A DNA stretch of 20,000 bases. Origin: an uncultured virus (IMG/VR IMGVR_UViG_3300025869_000012). Taxonomy: Duplodnaviria; Heunggongvirae; Uroviricota; Caudoviricetes. The notes below the pieces were generated by a model. That model searched no databases. It was not told the origin of the DNA and saw nothing but the letters and a program-made list of their open reading frames with translations. Both the position numbers and the translations under genes were made by a program. Shown here in pieces: positions 1 to 7,380 of the stretch. Position 1 is the stretch's first letter. The number at the start of each line of letters is the position of its first letter. The DNA lies in the IMG/VR virus record IMGVR_UViG_3300025869_000012; one strand, 5' to 3'.

Positions 1-509
1 TATGATCTTGTATCTGATTTACAAGCTTCCCAGAATATAAAGAATAATCTATTTGCTTCTCTAAAATCAGGGTGTCCAACGTCAATCTTTGACCATTGGA
101 GGTACATGTAATGAGTACCAGTAACATAAGTAGCAACACCCTTGTTATAAAACCAGAAACCATTTTCTCTTCTTTTAAATTCATCCTCTATGTAATCAAT
201 ATATTTGTTTTTAAACTCACCAGGATATTCTCTCCAATCAAATATTGATTTTATCTTATTGAGTTCTTTTGGGTATGGCATCACTTGCCATTTGTCATTT
301 TCAAACTTATGTATTTTCTTTGGCGCTTTTGGTAATGCTATTTGAAAGTTTTGTATTTCTATTATATCACCAATCTGCCCTGTCTTAGATATAACAACAA
401 TGTCGTGTTCTTTATTATACCCGTACTTCCACTTTTTACTTTTGTTTAACCTATTAACAGTTGTTAACTTTATTGGTTGAACAATTTTGTATAATGTTTG
501 GTTGTACAT
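1..509 (-). CDS. Terminase large subunit, N-terminal part (runs off the window start)
   Basis: Not in the ORF track. Manual translation from the ATG at 509 (TAATG overlap with the upstream stop) gives MYNQTLYKIVQPIKL...WKYGYNKEHDIVVISKTGQIG...EFKRRENGFWFYNKGVATYVTGTHYMYLQWSKIDVGHPDFREANRLFFIFWEACKSD, which I recognise as the N-terminus of terminases from marine Bacteroidota phages. The ATPase motifs would lie outside the window. Confidence 0.8.
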   Translation of the reverse strand, partial: MYNQTLYKIVQPIKLTTVNRLNKSKKWKYGYNKEHDIVVISKTGQIGDIIEIQNFQIALPKAPKKIHKFENDKWQVMPYPKELNKIKSIFDWREYPGEFKNKYIDYIEDEFKRRENGFWFYNKGVATYVTGTHYMYLQWSKIDVGHPDFREANRLFFIFWEACKSDTRS

Positions 510-781
510 TATGTAGATCTGTTTTCAGCAAAGCCGCCAAAAGCTTGTGGCTTATCTTCTTTCAATTTACCATCTAACATATTCTGCTCGTCTTGTATTT
601 TGTTTAATATTTCAAACGCATCAAATATAGCTAGCTTTTTAGTTGCTGCTGCATTTTTTAATCTATCAGCTGATACATCTTCTTCTGTATCTATAATTTC
701 TTCTTTGGCTACTTTAATTAATTCATCAACCGCCTTATAACCAGCTTGGATTATATTCTTCTTCTTGTCCTTGATATTCAT
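509..781 (-). CDS. Small helical protein, candidate terminase small subunit
   Basis: 90-aa charged helical ORF translationally coupled to the terminase large subunit. Function inferred from position only. Confidence 0.55.
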   Translation of the reverse strand: MNIKDKKKNIIQAGYKAVDELIKVAKEEIIDTEEDVSADRLKNAAATKKLAIFDAFEILNKIQDEQNMLDGKLKEDKPQAFGGFAENRST

Positions 782-1331
782 ATTTAATTGTAATTGAATT
801 AGTTAACACTCTATATAACCTCTCGCGCTCTATAACAAACTCAAACTTACTATTGGGACTAAACCCCACTAAAGTATTTTTTGTTATTCCTAGCGCGTCT
901 AAGGAATTATTAGAATATTTTAAAACACCAATCAAAGGTTGTTCTTTTTCCTCACTAAACTTCTCATATGATTTTATTGGTTTTACAAAACAATACTCAT
1001 CAGGCGCAGTCCATATACCTTTACTTTTATATAAAAATATTTGGTCTTTAGCAACACAGTATGTATGCTCGTCTATAAAGCTTCTACTGTTTTTCTCTAA
1101 GCCCTCTGCGTTATACCAACGTCTAAATACATTATGGTGAAGAATTACTTCATCACCAATTTGTATATTAGTATCACCAACTTTAGGTAACGCTTTTACA
1201 ACTCCTGTACGGTTTATCATTAAATGATCTTCTATTGAAGCGTTCAGCACGAGTTTAGTATCACCTACTTGTTTCGTGTTGTTGTAGCGTTTACCTTTTG
1301 GTGTTATGATAAAGTCAAATAACCCTTTCAA
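735..1331 (-). CDS. Tandem (two-domain) GroES/Cpn10-like co-chaperonin
   Basis: Two GroES-like units: FDFIITPK...RTGVVKALP...NIQIGDEVILHHN...YCVAKDQIF and DEYCFVKPI...LIGVLKY...LGITKNTLVGFSPNSKFEFVIERERLYRVLTNSITIKY. Confidence 0.65.
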   Translation of the reverse strand: MKGLFDFIITPKGKRYNNTKQVGDTKLVLNASIEDHLMINRTGVVKALPKVGDTNIQIGDEVILHHNVFRRWYNAEGLEKNSRSFIDEHTYCVAKDQIFLYKSKGIWTAPDEYCFVKPIKSYEKFSEEKEQPLIGVLKYSNNSLDALGITKNTLVGFSPNSKFEFVIERERLYRVLTNSITIKYEYQGQEEEYNPSWL

Positions 1332-1546
1332 TACTCTAGGTTATACTCGACTGATATTGCCATGTTTTTATTAAAGTCTTTCCATGGTAATACGTCTTCA
1401 TTTTTTTTAATAAACACACTATATTTGTCTTTACCGTCTATGATATCACAAATAGTGTGCCCGCCATAAACCTCTTGACCTACAGAATAGTGCATAGCAT
1501 CGTTCTTGTAATCTTTGCCAACACTAATTTTTCTTATTAGTTTCAT
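1328..1546 (-). CDS. Hypothetical phage protein
   Basis: 72-aa ORF overlapping both neighbours in the operon (ATGA-type coupling with the downstream gene). Confidence 0.75.
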   Translation of the reverse strand: MKLIRKISVGKDYKNDAMHYSVGQEVYGGHTICDIIDGKDKYSVFIKKNEDVLPWKDFNKNMAISVEYNLEY

Positions 1547-1778
1547 CTTCCTCTATTTTTTGATATTCACCTGAGTTAACATCAATGTTCAACTTATCAC
1601 CCTTACCGTACAACACATCCATCTTCTGATGAAACTCTTCTAGTTGTCTCTGTAAATTTATAATAGCTTGTGCTATTACTACCTTTTGTGTTTCTAAAGT
1701 ACCAAGTCTAAGCTTAGCTTGATTAATGTTAGAAACTCTATCTTGTAATTCTTTTAGTTCGTCTTTTTTTATTTTCAT
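1524..1778 (-). CDS. Hypothetical coiled-coil protein
   Basis: 84-aa ORF with a heptad-like pattern (LKELQDRVSNINQAKLRLGTLETQK...LQRQLEEF), in operon context. Confidence 0.7.
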   Translation of the reverse strand: MKIKKDELKELQDRVSNINQAKLRLGTLETQKVVIAQAIINLQRQLEEFHQKMDVLYGKGDKLNIDVNSGEYQKIEEDETNKKN

Positions 1779-1789
1779 TGTATTAAATT

Positions 1790-2695
1790 TTATTTTTTAT
1801 TTTTTGGTTTTCTGCTATCAATAAACCAATTTTTATATTTATCTCTTTTAGCAGTTATGTATTCAAAGTACTTATCAACTTTTTCTTTCCAGTTTTTATC
1901 TATCCTAGGACATATAACTCCTGATTTAGGACTTGAAAAAACTTTGTTGATATAATTTCTTGCATCATGCTTGTTATCAAACAAATGATTACTAACACAA
2001 TAAAAAGATCCATAAAATATATTGTTCCATACATCAAATGGTTCTATGTCTTTACCTAATACACTTGCATATACAGCACTTTCACTTAAATGCGTTGTGT
2101 AAACTTTCTTAGACTTTTGTATATAGTAATACATGTCCATCTCTCTTGGCAATACGTTTTCCTGCCCAAACAAATCTTTCATTTCACCAATTATCTGATG
2201 GGTTGTTATCGGGTGTGGCTTAAATAAAACGTTACCTTTATGTGTTCTTTGTATATGCCTCATTTTATTCAAACAACATCTGTCTTTTAATTTGTTTGAA
2301 CCTGGAAGTATAACTAAGTAATCTTTAGCTGGCCACTTTCGGTAGTCATCTAATCTATCTTTGTACTTGTTGGCTGTGTTATCTGTTATATTACTTACAA
2401 AATAAGAAGCATAATCTAAAACTTCATGATCTTTATCATTAAACGCGTCTGGTAATTGCGCATCTCTTATTTTAAAATTCATTGGCTGTAAATAAAAACA
2501 CGTTGCCAACTCTGTGTATGCCATTGTTTTAAAGTAAGGCATTTCCTCTGCCATTACATCATAAGCATACTCTATTCCGTTTTCGCTACACTTTCGTATA
2601 ACGTAGCCTTCTACTTGCTCTAAGTAATCGAGCTTATCATTTTTTTGAAGGTGCCCTATTCTTTCTTTAAGGACCTTCCTATTAAACATTTCCAT
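1790..2695 (-). CDS. Putative glycosyltransferase, capsule polysaccharide synthesis (KpsS/KpsC-like, GT-B C-terminal domain)
   Basis: VLFKPHP motif followed by MDMYYYIQKSKKVYTTHLSESAVYASVLGKDIEPF. This resembles the K-x-HP and 'V-x-T-x-x-S-x-x-x-x-EA-x-x-x-GK' segments of Capsule_synth and CMP-sugar transferases. Confidence 0.6.
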   Translation of the reverse strand: MEMFNRKVLKERIGHLQKNDKLDYLEQVEGYVIRKCSENGIEYAYDVMAEEMPYFKTMAYTELATCFYLQPMNFKIRDAQLPDAFNDKDHEVLDYASYFVSNITDNTANKYKDRLDDYRKWPAKDYLVILPGSNKLKDRCCLNKMRHIQRTHKGNVLFKPHPITTHQIIGEMKDLFGQENVLPREMDMYYYIQKSKKVYTTHLSESAVYASVLGKDIEPFDVWNNIFYGSFYCVSNHLFDNKHDARNYINKVFSSPKSGVICPRIDKNWKEKVDKYFEYITAKRDKYKNWFIDSRKPKNKK

Positions 2696-2754
2696 ATTAT
2701 TAAATTAAATTTAAATTTCTTTATATACTATTACACACTTTTAATCTTTTCTAA

Positions 2755-5700
2755 CTAGGTGCCAACGCTGTTGTAGTCTACCCTGTCAGTATTGTAATCT
2801 GCTCTTGTAGTATTGTAAAAAGATATACCAGTAGTAAATGTTGTTGTTGTGTTAAATACCGTGTTAGTACTTATAACAGTATTGGTTGCTCTTGTAGTAT
2901 TGTAAGTTGTAGTAGTAGCTCTATTAGTTGATACCACAGTTGTTGTGTTAGTTGAAGTGTTGTAAGTTGTAGTTGTATTTCTGTTTGTAAGGGTTGACGT
3001 GTTAAATACAGTAACAGTTGCTGTTGTGGTGTTGAACGTGGTAGTTGTAGCTGTGGTAGTATTAAATACTGTGGCTGTGATTCTGATTGTTCCTGTAGCC
3101 GTGCTGGTAGATTTGCTTGTTTCGTATGTAGTTGTAGTGGCTCTGTTAGTTGACACAACAGTACTTGTAGCTTTCTCCGTAACAGTACTTGTATTAAATA
3201 CAGTTGTTGTGTTTCTATTTGTACTTATAGTAGTTATAAATATTGTAGTTCTTGATGTGTTAAAGGTTGTGGTTGTGTCAATATTTGTTTCGTACGTCGT
3301 GCTATATACAGTTATAGTGTTAGTACTTGTGTTAAAAGTAGTTGTGGTAGCTGTGCTAGTGTTAAACGTTGTTACTGTAGCTGTTGTAGTATTAAATACC
3401 GTTATTGTATTTGTTGATGTATTAAATACGGTATTAGTTGTTCTATTAGTTGACACTACTGTATTTGTAGCTTTACTAGTATTTGTTGATGTGTTAAATA
3501 CAGTGGTTGTACTAGTATTTGTATTATAAGCAGTTGTTGTACCTCTTGTAGTATTAAAAGTTGTTGTAGTATCTACATTAGTTGAGTATGTTGTTGTATA
3601 TGCCGTAATAGTGTTGGTTGATGTATTAAAAGTTGTGGTAGTATCGATGTTTGTAGATACTGTCGTGCTTGTTGCTCTATTTGTACTAACTACAGTACTA
3701 GTTGCTTTTTGTGTTACAGTTGATGTATTAAATACAGTAACAGTAGCTGTACTAGTATTGAAAGTAGTAGTTGTTGCTCTATTTGTTGATACAGTTGTTG
3801 TAGTATTAAAAGTTGTTGTAGTACTAGTATTAAAAGTTGTAGTAGTAGCTGTACTAGTATTAAAAGTCGTTGTTGTAATAAATGTGGTTGTAGTTGAAGT
3901 GTTAAATACAGTAACGGTAGCCGTGCTTGTATTAAACGTAGTTGTAGTATCAACGTTTGTAGACACCGTGGTACTAGTAGTAACAGTTGTAGCAGTGCTT
4001 GTGTTAAATACAGTATTTGTAGTTTTTGTAGTTTCGTATGTAGTAGTAGTTGCTCTATTTGTACTGTATGTAGTTGTAGTACCAAATGTAGTCGTTGTGC
4101 TAGTATTAAAGGTGGTGGTTGTAGCTTGGTTAGTACTATATGTAGTTGTTGTATTAAACACAGTTGTTGTACTGGTATTGAATACTGTTACTGTGCTGGT
4201 AGAAGTATTAAAAGCAGTAGTAGTGGCTCTGTTTGTAGATATAGTTGTAGTTCTTGATGTTTGCGTTGTAGTCGAAGTATTAAAAACAGTGTTAGTTGTT
4301 TTTGTTGTTTCAAACGTGGTGGTCGTAGCTCTATTTGTACTAATAGTAGTAGTTCTACTAGTTGCTGTAGATGTTGACGTATTAAATGTAGTTGTTGTAG
4401 CTCTATTAGTAGATATAGTCGTAGTCCTTGAAGTCTGTGTTGTTGTGCTTGTATTAAATACAGTATTAGTTGCTGTTGACGTATTATATGTAGTAGTAGT
4501 TGCCCTATTTGTACTTATCGTAGTGGTTCTGCTAGTAGAGGTTGCAGTCGAGGTATTAAAAGTAGTTGTGGTGGCTCTGTTAGTAGAGTATGTTGTTGTT
4601 GTAGCTCTATTGGTAGATATAGTAGTTGAGCGAGATGTAGATGTAGTAAACACAGTTGTCGTTGCTCTATTAGTAGAATATGTTGTGCTAGTTCCAAATG
4701 TAGTTGTCGTTGCTCTATTGGTAGATATAGTCGTGCTAGTTCCAAAGGTAGTTGTTGTAGACCTATTTGTTGAAACGGTTGTGCTGGTTGCAAATGTTGT
4801 GGTTGTGTTATAAGTTGTAGTTGTATTAAAAGTAGTGGTTGTGGCACGGTTAGTACTAAACGTTGTGGTTGTACTTGTATTAAATGTTGTTGTTGTTGCT
4901 CTATTAGTAGAATATGTTGTAGTAGTTCCAAATGTAGTTGTTGTAGATCTACTTGTTGATACAGTTGTACTAGTTGCAAACGTTGTAGTTGTATTAAAAG
5001 TCGTAGTTGTGTTAAACGTGGTAGTTGTGGCACGGTTGGTACTAATTGTTGTTGTTGTACTAGTGTTAAATGTAGTTGTAGTACTTCTACTTGTAGCGGT
5101 GCTTCTACTTGTAGCAGTACTTTTAGTTGTGTTAAACGTTGTGGTTGTACTAGTGTTAAACACGGTATTAGTGGCTCTACTTGTAGACATAATGGTGGTT
5201 CTACTTGTGGCAGTACTTCTACTTGTAGATTTATTAGTTACCGTACTTGTGTTAAATATTGTTGTGGTATTAAACGTAGTAGTTGTGTTTCTGTTAGTAG
5301 ATGTATTTCTACTTGTAGCTGTTGTTTTATTTGTTATTGTACTAGTATTAAATGTAGTGGTAGTTGCCCTATTAGTACTTATAGTTGTAGTTCTACTAGT
5401 TTGAGTTGTTGTAGACGTGTTAAACGTAGTAGTAGTTGAACTACTTGTAGCGGTGCTTCTAGTTGTTAGTTTGTTTGTTATTGTGCTGGTGTTAAATATT
5501 GTTGTGGTGTTAAAAGTTGTTAGAGTTGTGTAGGTTGTAGTTGTATTAGTACTAGTATTAAACGTTGTAGTTGTGCCAGTACTGTATCCACCACCATCTG
5601 TTCTTGCAGCGTGACAGTCTAATGATGCACCATTATCAAAAATACCAGACGCTGACGGAAGCGTATCACTACCAATAGGAAGTAACACAGGCTGATTAAC

Positions 5701-6297
5701 ATCAAACTCAAACCAACTAGTATTATCAGTACCACCTTCTATTTCATATGAAACATTTTCACTATCAGCACTATGCCTTAATCTAATTCTACCACCATTA
5801 TCCATTAAAGCCTTAAGTACATTGTACTGGCTATCCCCATCCGCATCTGTAGCAGACATTGCCAGTTTAGTAACACTTAGAACAGCAGCATTATTACCTC
5901 TTATTTGACCGGCACCAGGATTTGCCATTGAAACATTTGTACTCCAGTTAAATACAGCACCTTCGTTGGTCCCGTCACCTCTAAACAGTATTTGATTTTT
6001 TGTTGTAGCAAGAACCGTATTAGTACTTGTATTAAACGTTGTTGTAGTATTAAACGTTGTTGTAGTATTTCTGCTAGTAGACGTTGATCTACTTTCCGTC
6101 GTGGTTCTATTTGTAGACACTGTGGCACTAGTAGCTGTTGATCTAGTTGTAGCTGTTGCTCTAGTTGTGGTAAACGTAGTGGTAGTACTTTTACTTGTAG
6201 CTGTTGACCTAGTTGTGTTAAAAGTTGTGGTTGTATTTGTTGCTGTAAGTCTATCTGTAACTAAAGATGTTTGAAAAGTTGTAGTAGTATTAGGCAT
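2755..6297 (-). CDS. Giant Thr-rich repeat protein B (~1180 aa) with one globular insert; probable virion fibre or surface protein
   Basis: Long open frame of FNTSTTTT / STNRATTTT / STATSRS modules. Likely start is the ATG at 6297 (MPNTTTTF), overlapping the methyltransferase stop. Non-repetitive domain at ~5580-6000. Confidence 0.85.
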   Translation of the reverse strand: MPNTTTTFQTSLVTDRLTATNTTTTFNTTRSTATSKSTTTTFTTTRATATTRSTATSATVSTNRTTTESRSTSTSRNTTTTFNTTTTFNTSTNTVLATTKNQILFRGDGTNEGAVFNWSTNVSMANPGAGQIRGNNAAVLSVTKLAMSATDADGDSQYNVLKALMDNGGRIRLRHSADSENVSYEIEGGTDNTSWFEFDVNQPVLLPIGSDTLPSASGIFDNGASLDCHAARTDGGGYSTGTTTTFNTSTNTTTTYTTLTTFNTTTIFNTSTITNKLTTRSTATSSSTTTTFNTSTTTQTSRTTTISTNRATTTTFNTSTITNKTTATSRNTSTNRNTTTTFNTTTIFNTSTVTNKSTSRSTATSRTTIMSTSRATNTVFNTSTTTTFNTTKSTATSRSTATSRSTTTTFNTSTTTTISTNRATTTTFNTTTTFNTTTTFATSTTVSTSRSTTTTFGTTTTYSTNRATTTTFNTSTTTTFSTNRATTTTFNTTTTYNTTTTFATSTTVSTNRSTTTTFGTSTTISTNRATTTTFGTSTTYSTNRATTTVFTTSTSRSTTISTNRATTTTYSTNRATTTTFNTSTATSTSRTTTISTNRATTTTYNTSTATNTVFNTSTTTQTSRTTTISTNRATTTTFNTSTSTATSRTTTISTNRATTTTFETTKTTNTVFNTSTTTQTSRTTTISTNRATTTAFNTSTSTVTVFNTSTTTVFNTTTTYSTNQATTTTFNTSTTTTFGTTTTYSTNRATTTTYETTKTTNTVFNTSTATTVTTSTTVSTNVDTTTTFNTSTATVTVFNTSTTTTFITTTTFNTSTATTTTFNTSTTTTFNTTTTVSTNRATTTTFNTSTATVTVFNTSTVTQKATSTVVSTNRATSTTVSTNIDTTTTFNTSTNTITAYTTTYSTNVDTTTTFNTTRGTTTAYNTNTSTTTVFNTSTNTSKATNTVVSTNRTTNTVFNTSTNTITVFNTTTATVTTFNTSTATTTTFNTSTNTITVYSTTYETNIDTTTTFNTSRTTIFITTISTNRNTTTVFNTSTVTEKATSTVVSTNRATTTTYETSKSTSTATGTIRITATVFNTTTATTTTFNTTTATVTVFNTSTLTNRNTTTTYNTSTNTTTVVSTNRATTTTYNTTRATNTVISTNTVFNTTTTFTTGISFYNTTRADYNTDRVDYNSVGT

Positions 6298-7354
6298 TAT
6301 CTGCACCTCCTTCCCCAATAAGTATACCGTTAACAAAGTAATTATAGTTAACGCCTAGCTTACATATTTCGTATATAGTATTATCTGAGTCATCAAAATC
6401 TATTTGTGTTATTTCTATTTCATCACCAGCAACGCCATATAACTTATCACCAACAAGTAGTTGATTTACATTAAAATCTCGCCACGTATTATTTCTTTTT
6501 GCTATTATAGGCTGGTTGCCAGTTGCTTTTAAATTAGAGTTGATAGTGTAAATACCTTTTGCTTTCATTACAAAAACATTTTTATCACCTCTTTGTTTTG
6601 TTGATGTTTTACCTGATACATCTGATGTCAATAGTGTGTCGTGTTTAACCGCTTGCCACATAGGAACAGCATCATCACTGTTAACATGAATAGTAGCGTC
6701 TTGCCTTACCACGCCATAGCCTGTTGCTGGCTTTTGATTTGTATACACAGGTAAGTGATATACAGTTCTGTTGAAATATTGATTTGCAGGTGGATTAATA
6801 TTAACATCGTAAAAATCAATATGATCATCTGGCCAATAAAACTTCATCCACGGGTCTGTTGTACCACCGCTCCAGTTCCACCACGATATTCTACTGCCTT
6901 GCTTTGCTTTTTGCTTTACAAAATACGCAAACTTTGGGTGTAAGTCTGCATCAGCGTATGTGTCCATTAATATAACGTCGTACCTACCCGCTTCTTGCAT
7001 TAAACTAAACCACCTGTCGTTTACGGCTCTTACTGTTGGATTACTAGAGGCAAACTCAGCTAGCTTAGGTTGTATTTGTGGATGCGTTTCTGCTATTGTA
7101 TGTGATGCAGGTTTTCTAGCCTGCACAGCTGTAGCTAATATACCCATGCCAAAACCACACTCTAGAACATGGTCACCTTCATTAACGCACACCTCTGCCA
7201 TCTTTTCCATAATAGGCTGTTCCCAACCCATCATAACCTCCCATGTTTCTTGCGCTGCCGGGTTAAACCAAACAATATCACCATTGTCCCTAACTGTAAG
7301 GTCTGCCTCGTGATAATTGACTTGTGTATCCGACGGTTTTTCGTATCCTGACAT
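6290..7354 (-). CDS. Rmt2/GAMT-like class I SAM-dependent methyltransferase fused to a C-terminal degenerate Hint domain
   Basis: VMMGWEQPIM, VLECGFGMGI (SAM motif I), IAETHP, ILMDTY and SWWN parallel guanidinoacetate/Rmt2 methyltransferase motifs. The C-terminal ~140 aa has the Hint pattern IYTINSNLKATGNQP...LLVGDKL...EIEITQI...TIYEI...NYFVNGILI. Confidence 0.8.
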   Translation of the reverse strand: MSGYEKPSDTQVNYHEADLTVRDNGDIVWFNPAAQETWEVMMGWEQPIMEKMAEVCVNEGDHVLECGFGMGILATAVQARKPASHTIAETHPQIQPKLAEFASSNPTVRAVNDRWFSLMQEAGRYDVILMDTYADADLHPKFAYFVKQKAKQGSRISWWNWSGGTTDPWMKFYWPDDHIDFYDVNINPPANQYFNRTVYHLPVYTNQKPATGYGVVRQDATIHVNSDDAVPMWQAVKHDTLLTSDVSGKTSTKQRGDKNVFVMKAKGIYTINSNLKATGNQPIIAKRNNTWRDFNVNQLLVGDKLYGVAGDEIEITQIDFDDSDNTIYEICKLGVNYNYFVNGILIGEGGADNA

Positions 7355-7380
7355 ATTTTTATTATTACATGTTTATTTTC

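Noticed and set aside
6290..6718. Active intein or mobile element
   Set aside because: It lacks the N-terminal Cys/Ser, block-B His and terminal His-Asn, has no homing endonuclease, and sits at the C-terminus rather than within a host protein.
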